Below are positions 11,026 to 20,343 of a DNA stretch of 64,000 nt, piece after piece (the stretch's first letter is position 1; each line of letters starts with the position of its first letter). The translations under genes were made by a program, and so were the position numbers. The notes below the pieces were generated by a model that was not told the DNA's origin, made no database searches, and saw only the letters and a program-made list of their open reading frames with translations. Origin of the DNA: an uncultured Spirochaetota bacterium (lineage in GTDB: Bacteria; Spirochaetota; Brevinematia; Brevinematales; JAOACQ01); NCBI GenBank assembly GCA_963768055.1, contig CAVYGN010000002.1:1568001-1632000 (forward strand), in the 5' to 3' direction.

Positions 11026-11859
11026 TTGATAGTAATGATCATCACTTTGGTAATGATGGTCACTGAAATCATCTCAGGGCTATTGTTTAATTCGGTGGCT
11101 TTATTTTCGGATGGCTGCCATATGGGGACACATTTTACTGCTATAAGCATAACATTTCTTACATTCCTGATGGCGAGAATCCACAGGTGGGATAACAAGT
11201 TTGCTTTCGGGACCTGGAAAATTGAGATACTCGGAGCTTATACAAGCGCTATAATATTGGGCATCGTTGGGCTTTTTATGGTATATGTTTCTGTTCAGAG
11301 GTTTATAAAACCGGAAGCTATCAATTATAATTCTGCGCTCCTTGTTGCCGGGCTTGGTTTGATTGTCAATATTTCAAGCATGTTTATTTTAGGGTTCGAT
11401 AATGAGACTCACCATCATGACGTTTCCAAAGATCATGGGAGTGATTTGAATATTAAATCGGCGTTTATTCATGTTGCGGCAGATGCTTTTACCTCAGTAT
11501 TAATAATCACAGCTCTTCTTGGGGCGAAATATTTTAAATGGAACTTTCTTGATCCAGTAATGGGGATGTTGGGTGCTATCCTGATTTTCATCTGGTCTTT
11601 TTCTTTATTGAAAGATACCTTTAAAATCCTGACAGACAGGGAAATGGACACCCCAATAGTACAGGAGATAAAAGACATAATAGGTAAAGACAGCGGCACT
11701 CAGCTTAAAGATATCCATGTCTGGAGGGTTGCTCAGGATAAATATGCCTGCATACTGTCGATATTTTCAGAAAAAGTATGTACCGTGGACGATTATAAAC
11801 AAAAACTGCTTAAAATGAACAATCTGGTACATGTTACGATAGAACTTAATATTTGTTGA
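11026..11859 (+). CDS. Cation diffusion facilitator (DmeF-like Co/Ni/Zn efflux)
   Basis: SVALFSDGCHM, FAFGTWKIE, HHHD, HVAAD, DIHVW motifs. The frame extends upstream (HSHEFN) without a clear start. Confidence 0.9.
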   Translation: MIVMIITLVMMVTEIISGLLFNSVALFSDGCHMGTHFTAISITFLTFLMARIHRWDNKFAFGTWKIEILGAYTSAIILGIVGLFMVYVSVQRFIKPEAINYNSALLVAGLGLIVNISSMFILGFDNETHHHDVSKDHGSDLNIKSAFIHVAADAFTSVLIITALLGAKYFKWNFLDPVMGMLGAILIFIWSFSLLKDTFKILTDREMDTPIVQEIKDIIGKDSGTQLKDIHVWRVAQDKYACILSIFSEKVCTVDDYKQKLLKMNNLVHVTIELNIC

Positions 11860-11901
11860 AGAACTTATACAAAAATTAATAATGATCGAATTTTGTGAAT
11901 T

Positions 11902-11935
11902 CTTAACGATTTTTTCCGTTTCGTGAGTTTACCCC
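11902..11935 (-). repeat. Tn3-type terminal IR (34 bp)
   Basis: Reverse complement GGGGTAAACTCACGAAACGGAAAAAATCGTTAAG; direct near-copy of 10898-10931. Confidence 0.8.
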
Positions 11936-11936
11936 T

Positions 11937-11962
11937 ATTTTGTCCGAATTCTTCGTCCACCC
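11937..11962 (-). repeat. Partial Tn3-type IR abutting the previous one
   Basis: Reverse complement GGGTGGACGAAGAATTCGGACAAAAT; resembles IR 29759-29796. Confidence 0.6.
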
Positions 11963-12004
11963 AATTTTGTCCTTACCCAATTTCATCCGGTTAAAGATAT
12001 TTAT

Positions 12005-12033
12005 TTGACAATAGATAATCATTTTCTTATATT
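12005..12033 (+). promoter_or_regulatory. Sigma70-type promoter of the ArsR operon
   Basis: TTGACA-N17-TATATT. Confidence 0.6.
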
Positions 12034-12073
12034 ATTGCATAGATGCGTAATATTGCAAATAAGGATATTTAAA

Positions 12074-12406
12074 ATGAATCAAATGGAGAACAAGGAACTT
12101 TACAAAATGCATGCAGATTTCTGTAAATTCATGGGCAGTCCCAAAAGGATTGAGATTTTATTTGTACTGGGAAACGGTGAGAAATGCGTTGATGAACTGG
12201 CGCAAATTATGGGAATCAATATTCCAAACGTTTCTCAAAACCTGGCTATTATGAAAGACAGGGGAATTGTTGAATCAAGAAGAGATGGCACAAAAATTTA
12301 CTACAGATTATCAAATCCAAAAGTCCTTGAAGCTTGTATGATCGTGAGGGATTTAATGTTTGAACAACTTAATAAAAAAATTAATATGTTTGGAGGAAGT
12401 AAGTAA
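12074..12406 (+). CDS. ArsR/SmtB-family transcriptional regulator
   Basis: PKRIEIL, GEKCVDEL, VSQNLAIM, RRDGTKIYYRL wHTH. Confidence 0.9.
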   Translation: MNQMENKELYKMHADFCKFMGSPKRIEILFVLGNGEKCVDELAQIMGINIPNVSQNLAIMKDRGIVESRRDGTKIYYRLSNPKVLEACMIVRDLMFEQLNKKINMFGGSK

Positions 12407-12646
12407 TGAAATACAGAGAATCAGGAATGCCCGATGAAAATTTGTGGAACAGCTTTTTCGATCGGGTTAAAATCTTTAATTTAATGGAAATTGATAAAAC
12501 AGTAAATCTTCTTATCGATATTGGTTGCGGATATGGAACTTTTTTATTCCCGGCTTCAAAAATAGTCAAAAAAGTTATCGGTATTGATATTGATCCTCAA
12601 ATGATTAAGTTTTGCAAAAATCAAATTAAAGAAAATAAATACGGAA

Positions 12647-12778
12647 CTATACCTTTGACAAACCATCTATCTTAACCTCAAAAATAGCCTTTATCAATTC
12701 TTCGGGTTTTAAGGGATAGGCCGATATTGGTTTATCATACTTTTTCCCTTCGTTTGTTCTCGTTTTTCTCTTTCTCAT
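12647..12778 (-). CDS. 43-aa ORF at the IS end (MRKRKTR...PISAYPLKPEELIKAIFEV)
   Basis: Manual translation; the stop lies inside the IR. Confidence 0.35.
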   Translation of the reverse strand: MRKRKTRTNEGKKYDKPISAYPLKPEELIKAIFEVKIDGLSKV

Positions 12779-12862
12779 TTCATAACCCCATTTTTATATA
12801 CTTGACATAATATATATAATTCCTTTATAATATTTTAGGTAAATCATTAAGGAGTATAAAAT

Positions 12863-13018
12863 ATGCCAAACCCCAATAATGTTGTATGGAAATCATTAGT
12901 CGGTCATCACGAACCTCTTGAAGGTGAGGATATAAGCACATTGTTTGATACCCCTCAAACAGAAACTACTACACAAGAAAATAATAATAACTCTAATAAT
13001 AGTACATCAGATAATTAA
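12863..13018 (+). CDS. 51-aa peptide with Asn/Thr/Ser-rich tail
   Basis: AAGGAG RBS, TTGACA-N18-TATAAT promoter (12802-12831); MPNPNNVVWKSLVGHHEPLEGEDISTLFDTPQTETTTQENNNNSNNSTSDN. Confidence 0.55.
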   Translation: MPNPNNVVWKSLVGHHEPLEGEDISTLFDTPQTETTTQENNNNSNNSTSDN

Positions 13019-13665
13019 TTCTTAATTGTTTCATCTTTAAAAAATTCAATATAATCTATTTTCATTTCGGGTGTTATCAATATCCCATCAATTAATTTTT
13101 TTTTGCCTTTCTTCAAAAGAATAGGGTTATAATAAGGATGAGATAATATTTCTTCTTCATTCTTTTTAAGATAAGGATTCTCAACAAATATATATTGACT
13201 ATCTGGACTATCAGAATATCCATAAATTTGACCTATAATAATTTGACCATTAGACATATGGATATTTGCCCAATTTTTCTTTCCCAAATTTGTTTCCATA
13301 ATATCGTTCCATATAGACATTCTTGATGTTTTTTTTGTGATCTTAATTGTTCTGAAAAACCAATGGAAAGCGTCTCTGTATATTAATACGCCAAATAATA
13401 TTCCATAAAATATACTTATTCCAACCAATTCTAAATATTGAGTAATACACATATAATCATAATTTTCCAGAAAGTTTATGATTTTTTTTCCGTTAATTAA
13501 TTGATAAGTAATGTAAATAAATACTGAAAATATCAATGCTTCAACTATTAAAGTAAACTGATCCCGTCCTTTTCTTACAATTAATGATTCTACAAATATT
13601 GATGCTAATAATCCTGGCATTAGAAAAAACAAAATCTGTATAGTCTCTTTACTTATGCTATCCAT
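13015..13665 (-). CDS. Membrane protein, DUF6338-like, IS passenger
   Basis: FFLMPG start of three TM helices, SIWNDI, GQIYGYSD, GILI; overlaps the transposase stop. Confidence 0.6.
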   Translation of the reverse strand: MDSISKETIQILFFLMPGLLASIFVESLIVRKGRDQFTLIVEALIFSVFIYITYQLINGKKIINFLENYDYMCITQYLELVGISIFYGILFGVLIYRDAFHWFFRTIKITKKTSRMSIWNDIMETNLGKKNWANIHMSNGQIIIGQIYGYSDSPDSQYIFVENPYLKKNEEEILSHPYYNPILLKKGKKKLIDGILITPEMKIDYIEFFKDETIKN

Positions 13666-14615
13666 TAAAAAGCCCCCTTATATTTTAATCTTTTTCCGAC
13701 TATCCCCCTAATAGCGTTTTCTGTTCTTTCTCCATCGCTTTTTTTCCTGTTATTCCATCTGAAATTAAATTCCGCACAATACCTGAAAAGATGTTTTTTA
13801 GAAATATGATGGAAGGTTCCTACGATTCCCCTCTTTAAGAGTGAAAAATATGATTCGGCGGTATTTGTATTGATCCCATTCTCTGAATACTGGCCTATCC
13901 CGTGATTAATTACTTTATGGCCGCCTTTATACTCTTTTTCAATCCCGTTATAACTTCTCCATTCGTCAGTAATAATTGTTGATTCTTTATTAACTACTTC
14001 TTTAATGGCTGACTTTAATGTTTCCCCGGTTACATCGGGAACAGGATGAGATACGGCTTTACCGTTTCTTTCAACCAATACCATTACAGGGACTTTTTCA
14101 GTTCCTCGCCCTCTTTTGCTGTTGCTGTTATTTCCCTTTCTCGGCTTCCCGCCAACATAGGTTTCATCGACTTCAACTTGTCCATTGAGCATATTTGCTA
14201 AAGGCTCCTTTTTCATCGTCATCCTAATCCTATGGGATAAATGCCATGCGGATTTATAAGTATGTAATCCGAGGTTTCTTTGTAACTGGAGAGACGAAAC
14301 ACCCTTTTTATGAGAACACATTGAATAATAAGCCTGTACCCATTGCCTTAATGTAATATGTGACCCATGCATTATTGTCCCGGATGTAACTGTAAATTGC
14401 TTTCTGCAATCCTTACAGCGTATAAGACCATCTCTTATGGTTTTTGCTTTTCCGATGATTCTAACAATATTTTTACTTTCACAATGAGGACATATTATAC
14501 CATCCTTCCAGCGAATATTTTCTAAAATTGTTCTCGCTTCATCTTCCGATAATCGGCAGACATCAATATAAGCCATTTCGCTCATATTCTTATATTCAGG
14601 AAGATTAAATTTCAT
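13665..14615 (-). CDS. IS1595 (ISXO2-like) transposase
   Basis: CPHC..CKDC zinc ribbon, VEVDETYVGG, ITDEW, NTAESYFSLLKR. Confidence 0.95.
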   Translation of the reverse strand: MKFNLPEYKNMSEMAYIDVCRLSEDEARTILENIRWKDGIICPHCESKNIVRIIGKAKTIRDGLIRCKDCRKQFTVTSGTIMHGSHITLRQWVQAYYSMCSHKKGVSSLQLQRNLGLHTYKSAWHLSHRIRMTMKKEPLANMLNGQVEVDETYVGGKPRKGNNSNSKRGRGTEKVPVMVLVERNGKAVSHPVPDVTGETLKSAIKEVVNKESTIITDEWRSYNGIEKEYKGGHKVINHGIGQYSENGINTNTAESYFSLLKRGIVGTFHHISKKHLFRYCAEFNFRWNNRKKSDGERTENAIRGIVGKRLKYKGAF

Positions 14616-15049
14616 ATTTTTTCTCCTATTCATTTATTTCAAGAATAGTATAACTCATTTTCTTTGGTTTGTCAAGTATATAATTCCGAATAAATATAAA
14701 AATATTGAACTTATTTCTGGTGATATTTCACAGAATCATACCTTAGAATTATTAAATCCCTATTTGAACCGGATTGATTATATTACCCTCTTTAATATTC
14801 TTCATTGTGAAGAACCTGTAAAACTTTTAGAGTCTGTTTTTAAAATTCTTAAATCTGGCGGGAAGTTAGGTATAGTTCACTGGAAACATGAAAAGACGCC
14901 AAGGGGGCCGTCTATGGATATCAGGCCGAAACCGGGTCAAATTATTGAATGGGCGGAAAGTGCCGGTTTTATTACGCATAAGCAGATCGAATTGCAGCCT
15001 TATCACTTTGGTATTATTTTTAAGAAGAGAAAGGATAAGGAGGATAGTT

Positions 15050-15655
15050 ATGGAAAAAACCGCGAAAAAATATGATCGTGCATCGAAGACTTATGATTTT
15101 TTTGAAATGCCTGCGGAAAAATTGCTGTTTTCCAGGCTTCGGAAACAGGCATTCAGTAATATTTCAGGGAAAATTCTGGAAATCGGCGTAGGAACTGGCA
15201 AAAACATGCTTTATTATCCGTCAGTCGCCGAAGTTACTGCAATTGACTTCAGCGGCGGCATGCTTGATAAAGCAATGATTATGAAAAATAAGCTCGATCT
15301 GTCAAATGTTAACCTTATAAAAATGGACGCTCAAAATTTGAAATTTGCCAACAGCACTTTCGATTTCGTTATTTCCGCTTTTGTTTTCTGTACAATACCT
15401 GATCCTGTTAAAGGGCTCGCTGAAGCATACCGTGTATTGAAACCTGACGGAAAGGCTATCTTTATCGAGCATATGAAAAGCAGTTCATTACTTTTAAATG
15501 TCATGCTTAATGCGATGAATCTAATTACAGTACCTATGATGGGGACATACATGAACAGGGAAACGCAGAATAATATCGAGAAAGCGGAATTCAGAATAGA
15601 AAGCGTTGAAAAACATGTATTTGATATCGTTCGCCTGATCGTTTCACGGAAATAA
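15050..15655 (+). CDS. Class I SAM methyltransferase
   Basis: ILEIGVGTG, FCTIPDP, YRVLKPDG; AGGAGG RBS before MEKTAKK. Confidence 0.9.
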   Translation: MEKTAKKYDRASKTYDFFEMPAEKLLFSRLRKQAFSNISGKILEIGVGTGKNMLYYPSVAEVTAIDFSGGMLDKAMIMKNKLDLSNVNLIKMDAQNLKFANSTFDFVISAFVFCTIPDPVKGLAEAYRVLKPDGKAIFIEHMKSSSLLLNVMLNAMNLITVPMMGTYMNRETQNNIEKAEFRIESVEKHVFDIVRLIVSRK

Positions 15656-15669
15656 ATAGGGAGGAATTT

Positions 15670-16302
15670 ATGAGAAAGCTATTGTTTTTATCATTACTGG
15701 CATTAATGTTAGCTGGTTTTGTTTATAGTCAGGAAAAGCCGAAAATCATCGATACCGTATTAAACGAAATCCGGCAGGAACAGGGATTAACAAACGGACA
15801 GAAAATTAATGCGGATAAAGTAAGTTCTCTGAAACTTGAGGAATTAGGCGATTCCGTAATGGAAGCAACGATAGGTAATACTGAAAGGCACGAACTGATG
15901 GATAAAATGATAGGCGGAGAGGGTTCCCAATCACTTACAGCTTTTCACCAGAGGATCGGCTACAACTACCTGGCGGGTTACCCTCTTGGAATGATGGAAG
16001 TAACGGGTTGTCCATTTTTCGGAAATTTGAATTCGGGAGGTTATAATATGATGAATGGTTATGGCTACGGGCCGGGAATGATGGGATGGGCCGGATTCGG
16101 CTGGGGAGGAATGTTTATGGGTTTGATATTTCTTGTATTAATAGTGCTGGCAGTCTTATTTATAGCAGGGATGTTAAGAGGAGGCAGTATTATAGGCCGT
16201 TCTGCATCGGAAACACCGCTGGATATACTGAAAAAACGTTACGCAAAAGGAGAAATTTCCAAAGAGGAGTATGAAAAAATGCGTAAAGATCTACTTTCAT
16301 AG
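15670..16302 (+). CDS. Exported His/Met-rich domain + TM + SHOCT protein
   Basis: Signal peptide, HELMDKMIGGEGS domain, Gly/Met linker, TM helix, LKKRYAKGEISKEEYE SHOCT. Confidence 0.75.
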   Translation: MRKLLFLSLLALMLAGFVYSQEKPKIIDTVLNEIRQEQGLTNGQKINADKVSSLKLEELGDSVMEATIGNTERHELMDKMIGGEGSQSLTAFHQRIGYNYLAGYPLGMMEVTGCPFFGNLNSGGYNMMNGYGYGPGMMGWAGFGWGGMFMGLIFLVLIVLAVLFIAGMLRGGSIIGRSASETPLDILKKRYAKGEISKEEYEKMRKDLLS

Positions 16303-16312
16303 GAGGCATTTT

Positions 16313-17185
16313 ATGATGGGAATCAGAATATTACTTGCCGGAGTGTTACTGGCTTTCCCGATGTTCATGTTCTCTCAGGGGATGATGGGAAACGGCAACG
16401 GCTACGGAATGGGAATGATGCGCGGCTATTATAACGACCGTGGGGAAGCCCTGGAAAAATCCGAGGCTGTAAAATCTGTACTTGCAAAAATTAGGAAAGA
16501 ACAGGGTTTGAATGAAGAAGAGCCCATCGATCCTGAAAAGGTCAGCCCAAAGCTCCTTGGAGAATTAGGGGACGCAGTCATGGATGTTATGATAGGCAAC
16601 AAGGAACAGCACGAGTGGATGGACAATATGATGGGCGGGGAAGGCTCGGCGTCGCTTGAAAGAATGCATGAGCAGATGGGATACCGGTACCTGCACGGGC
16701 AACCGATTGGAATAATGGGCAGAGGTTACGGCCCCGGATACGGCGGCATGATGGGGTATTACAGCGGATTTTACGGAAATAATCCGTATATGCCTATGAT
16801 GTCGTTCGGTTCTTTTATGGGAACCGGCACTCTTATGGACATGAATTGGATGCTGGATTACAGGTTCGCGGGATACCTTAGCTTGTCAAAAGACCAGGTA
16901 AAAAAGATAACGGACTTAAAATCAGATTATGAGAAGGAAACCGATTCCTTAAGGTCACAACTGCTTGAAAAAAGACGAAACCTTTTCGATCTGTGGTCCA
17001 CGGCCAAACCGGATGAAAGCGCTATCAAGACTGCCAATAAGGATATATTCATGCTTCTCGCATCTCTTTCGGATAGGGAAACGGATTACCAGATAAAGGT
17101 CCTGGAAATACTTACACCTGATCAGAGGAAGAAAATGGATTACAGAGGTATGATGAATTATCAAAGTAATTACACAAATAATTAA
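16313..17185 (+). CDS. Exported His/Met-rich domain + Spy/CpxP-like periplasmic domain protein
   Basis: Signal peptide, HEWMDNMMGGEGS domain, LSKDQ and ILTPDQR (LTXXQ) motifs. Confidence 0.75.
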   Translation: MMGIRILLAGVLLAFPMFMFSQGMMGNGNGYGMGMMRGYYNDRGEALEKSEAVKSVLAKIRKEQGLNEEEPIDPEKVSPKLLGELGDAVMDVMIGNKEQHEWMDNMMGGEGSASLERMHEQMGYRYLHGQPIGIMGRGYGPGYGGMMGYYSGFYGNNPYMPMMSFGSFMGTGTLMDMNWMLDYRFAGYLSLSKDQVKKITDLKSDYEKETDSLRSQLLEKRRNLFDLWSTAKPDESAIKTANKDIFMLLASLSDRETDYQIKVLEILTPDQRKKMDYRGMMNYQSNYTNN

Positions 17186-17265
17186 AAATACTCAATAAGC
17201 GACGATATAGATTTGATCAATAATGTTGTATGAACACGTAATTCAGAAAACAATAGGAGGTTTCA

Positions 17266-17586
17266 ATGAAATTTGGCATTATTCTTGAAACAAAAGAATA
17301 TGAAAAAGCCTGGAACGCTTTTCGTTTTGCTGTAACATCAAAAAAGAATGGGCATGAAGTAAAAGTCTTTCTTATGGGTGAGGCTGTAGAATGTGAAGGG
17401 TTAACTCACGAAAAATATAATGTCGATGAACAATTGAAAATGTTTGTTAAAGATGGTGGAGAAATACTGGCTTGCGGAACATGCTTGAAATTAAGAAATA
17501 TGGATGGTTCTGAAGCCTGCCCTATTTCGACAATGGTTGACTGTATAAAAATGGTTGAATGGGCGGATAAAGCCATAACATTTTAA
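17266..17586 (+). CDS. DsrE/DsrF-like sulfur relay protein
   Basis: AWNAFRFA, VFLMGEAV, ILACGTCL, ACPISTM. Confidence 0.9.
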   Translation: MKFGIILETKEYEKAWNAFRFAVTSKKNGHEVKVFLMGEAVECEGLTHEKYNVDEQLKMFVKDGGEILACGTCLKLRNMDGSEACPISTMVDCIKMVEWADKAITF

Positions 17587-17618
17587 TTTTATTTGCCCCT
17601 GATTACACCGATGCTCCC

Positions 17619-17914
17619 ATGAGGCTTATTGTTGTAGTTTTTATTGATAAAAACAGCCCGATCGGCAGATTATACCAAAAAAAGAAAAAAGAAAGGCTAT
17701 TTTACAGGTATGCTCATTTTTATTCAGTCAAGAAAGTTACAAATAAATTGAAAAAAGCCGGTTTCACCGGATTTTCATACCGACAGACCCTAAACAATTT
17801 AAATAATGAAACAGTCCAAACATTCGAGGAAGGTTATGGGAAGGGTGGTTTTGTTGTCATAAAAGGAAATAAAATTAAAAAATATTATCATTCCCTTGAA
17901 ACTCCTTTAGATAT
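17619..17914 (+). pseudogene. C-terminal fragment of a SAM methyltransferase
   Basis: FIDKNSPIG...FYRYAHFYS...GKGGFVVIKG, with no N-terminal SAM motif; ends at an IR-like site. Confidence 0.5.
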
Positions 17915-17942
17915 GGGGCCAGTACACAAAACGGAAAAAATC
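17915..17942 (+). repeat. Partial Tn3-type IR
   Basis: GGGGCCAGTACACAAAACGGAAAAAATC, lacking the final ...CTAAG. Confidence 0.55.
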
Positions 17943-17944
17943 CT

Positions 17945-17991
17945 TTGACAATAAGTTGGTCTTTAGATATAATTAGCATATGCTAATTATA
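17945..17991 (+). promoter_or_regulatory. Consensus promoter overlapped by a perfect 24-bp palindrome
   Basis: TTGACA(17945)-N17-TATAAT(17968); TATAATTAGCATATGCTAATTATA at 17968-17991. Confidence 0.8.
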
Positions 17992-18001
17992 AAGGGTTAT
18001 T

Positions 18002-18466
18002 ATGCCTCGTCCTTTTAAATGCAGGAAAGTTGATTACAGCCCTGAAACCACCTTTTTTAAACCTGCAGGGATACCAATAAACGTGCTAGAAGTCATAGTT
18101 CTTTCGCTGGACGAGCTTGAAGCCGTTCGCCTCGCTGATTTTAAAGGTCTGTATCAAGAGGAAGCCGCTCAAAAAATGGCCATTTCAAGACAAACCTTCG
18201 GAAATATCGTTTCTTCCGCGAGAAGCAAAATTGCGGACGCGCTTATAAACGGCAAAGCAATAAAAATCGAAGGCGGATTTGTTGAGGCGATTGAAAGAGA
18301 ATTTATCTGTCCTGACTGCAAGCATAAATGGAGTTTACCCTTCGGCACGGGCCATCCGGCTAAATGTCCGGATTGCCGGAGTATCAATATACATCGCAAT
18401 CAGGAAGATCATGGACAATCATACCATGACAGAGGATGCAATAATCAGCATAATGGGAATCATTAA
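18002..18466 (+). CDS. DUF134 (UPF0251) HTH protein with C-terminal zinc ribbon
   Basis: MPRPFKCR, ELEAVRLADFKGLYQEEAAQKMAISRQTF, CPDC..CPDC. Confidence 0.9.
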   Translation: MPRPFKCRKVDYSPETTFFKPAGIPINVLEVIVLSLDELEAVRLADFKGLYQEEAAQKMAISRQTFGNIVSSARSKIADALINGKAIKIEGGFVEAIEREFICPDCKHKWSLPFGTGHPAKCPDCRSINIHRNQEDHGQSYHDRGCNNQHNGNH

Positions 18467-18479
18467 ACAGGAGGATTAT

Positions 18480-18848
18480 ATGATATTAGCTATCCCTACG
18501 GAAAACATGAGCGGGGAAATATCAACCATTTACAGTCACTTCGGAAGCGCTCCATTTTATGCCTATTACAATACGTATGATGAAAAACTGGATTTTGTCA
18601 ACAACGGGAACAAGGATCATGAACACGGCCGGTGCCAGCCGGTAGATGAATTAAGGGAAAAGAAGGTTGAAGCCGTCGTTTGTAACGGAATGGGGCTTCG
18701 TGCTATCAACAATCTTAATTCGCTTGGCATTAAAGTCTATTTTGCCGGAAACGCACTTAATATCGCGGAAGTTGTAAATATGCTTAAAAATGATGAATTA
18801 AAGGAGCTTCTTCCGGTCAACGCATGTATGCGGCATAATTGCCGCTAA
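18480..18848 (+). CDS. NifB/NifX-family (FeMo-co binding-like) protein
   Basis: HFGSAPFY, HEHGRCQP, VVCNGMGLRA. Confidence 0.85.
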   Translation: MILAIPTENMSGEISTIYSHFGSAPFYAYYNTYDEKLDFVNNGNKDHEHGRCQPVDELREKKVEAVVCNGMGLRAINNLNSLGIKVYFAGNALNIAEVVNMLKNDELKELLPVNACMRHNCR

Positions 18849-18929
18849 AAAGACTGAAATAATTGATCGCCGCAATAGCCCCAATCCGGTCTGAAAATAG
18901 GCCGGTGTACCATGAAAAAACCATGCGGT

Positions 18930-19949
18930 TCATTTTAGCACCCAATTGAACAAGTAGCCGATAATAATTATTGTAACTATCATTATGCTTGTAAATACAG
19001 CTAAAAGTCTCGGCTTTAAAACTTTTCTTAAAATAATCATTTCGGGGAAGCTTATGGCCGTGATGGACATCATAAAAGCAAGAGCTGTCCCCATCGGTAT
19101 TCCAAGCCTTACCAGTTCGTTTACAATCGGTATGGTGCCTGCCGCGTTGGAATAAAGAGGAATACCGACAATGACAGCCACCAGGACAGCGAAAGGATTG
19201 TTTTTACCGACATATTGCGAAAGCCACCCGGTAGGAGCCCAACCATGCATGACGCCTCCTATGGCTATACCGATTAAGACAAAAGGCCAAATTTTATGCA
19301 AAATTTCAAGGACATAGTTTTTCGCTCCGAGTAATCTTTCCTTCCAATACAGCTTTTCCATTAAAGAATCATTCATTTTTATTTTATATACATATTCCTC
19401 TACATAACGTTCCATCTTCAAAACGCCGATAGTTAAACCTCCGACGATTGCTATAATAACCCCCGTCGCGATATAGAGAAGGGCTATCTTCCATCCGAAA
19501 AGCCCCCATAGCATTACAAGCGCCACTTCGTTCACCATAGGGGAAGATATTAAAAAGGAGAAGGTTATTCCAAGAGGGACGCCTGCTTCGAGAAATCCGA
19601 TGAAAACAGGAACCGCGGAACATGAGCAAAATGGAGTTACAATCCCTAAAAGCGCAGCCAGGATATTTCCGGGAAAACCTTTCGCTTTACCTTCACCAAG
19701 GAGTTTTTTAGTGCGCTCGGGCGGAAAATAACTTCTTATGATCGAAACTATGAAGATAATAACAGTCAGCATAAGAAATATTTTCATCGTATCATAAAAG
19801 AAGAAATTCACTGCCCCGCGGTAATGATCCGAATTAATGATACCTGTATCAATTCGGAATAATTCCATTAAAAACCTGAAAAAGGTTGTCAGCCAAACAC
19901 TGAAAATTGCCGCAAGTTTATTTAAAACCCAATTTATCCCTGAAAACAT
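18930..19949 (-). CDS. ArsP/DUF318-family permease
   Basis: TPFCSCSAVP, SFLISSPMVNE, GIPLYSNAAG, ISFPEMIILRKVLK. Confidence 0.9.
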   Translation of the reverse strand: MFSGINWVLNKLAAIFSVWLTTFFRFLMELFRIDTGIINSDHYRGAVNFFFYDTMKIFLMLTVIIFIVSIIRSYFPPERTKKLLGEGKAKGFPGNILAALLGIVTPFCSCSAVPVFIGFLEAGVPLGITFSFLISSPMVNEVALVMLWGLFGWKIALLYIATGVIIAIVGGLTIGVLKMERYVEEYVYKIKMNDSLMEKLYWKERLLGAKNYVLEILHKIWPFVLIGIAIGGVMHGWAPTGWLSQYVGKNNPFAVLVAVIVGIPLYSNAAGTIPIVNELVRLGIPMGTALAFMMSITAISFPEMIILRKVLKPRLLAVFTSIMIVTIIIIGYLFNWVLK

Positions 19950-19979
19950 TGAATGGCCTCCAAATTAAACTCAATATCA

Positions 19980-20342
19980 CTAAACCTTCTGTCCAATATT
20001 GATAGCCACCTTTTCAATGACTTCAGGAGTAATTTCTGTTTTACCCTTTTCAACTCCAAATTCTGTGGTAATAAAGTGTTCGAAAGGAAGCCCCAACTTT
20101 TCAAAAATATTTTTCCCACATGAAACTGGACATCCGTCAATCACGACATTTTTTTCAGCACATCTGGCTGATTCTACAAAACCAGAAAGTTCAGCTCCCA
20201 TAGCCGCAAGGCAAGTCATTTTACCGATATCGTCTTTCATCATTTTCCTTGCTATAGCATCCGCCAGATATCCCGTATTAGCGGCGCCGGAACAAGCATA
20301 GATCAATTTAATTTCCTGGCTTCCGCAACAGCAATCTGTCAT
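19980..20342 (-). CDS. DGC-domain putative zinc-binding protein
   Basis: YACSGAANTG, MTCLAA, IDGCPVSC. Confidence 0.85.
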   Translation of the reverse strand: MTDCCCGSQEIKLIYACSGAANTGYLADAIARKMMKDDIGKMTCLAAMGAELSGFVESARCAEKNVVIDGCPVSCGKNIFEKLGLPFEHFITTEFGVEKGKTEITPEVIEKVAINIGQKV

Positions 20343-20343
20343 A

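Larger units (their letters stand above)
12642..14688 (-). mobile_element. IS1595-family element with passenger genes (2047 bp)
   Basis: 24-bp IRs CGGAACTATACCTTTGACAAACCA / CGGAATTATATACTTGACAAACCA (20/24); perfect 8-bp TSD AATAAATA at 12634-12641 and 14689-14696. Confidence 0.95.
12406..15075 (+). pseudogene. Class I SAM methyltransferase interrupted by IS1595
   Basis: MKYRESGMP...DIGCGYGTF N-half (12406-12641) and C-half (14697-15075) rejoin in frame (KENKY-KNIELISGD) once the IS and one TSD copy are removed. Confidence 0.9.
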
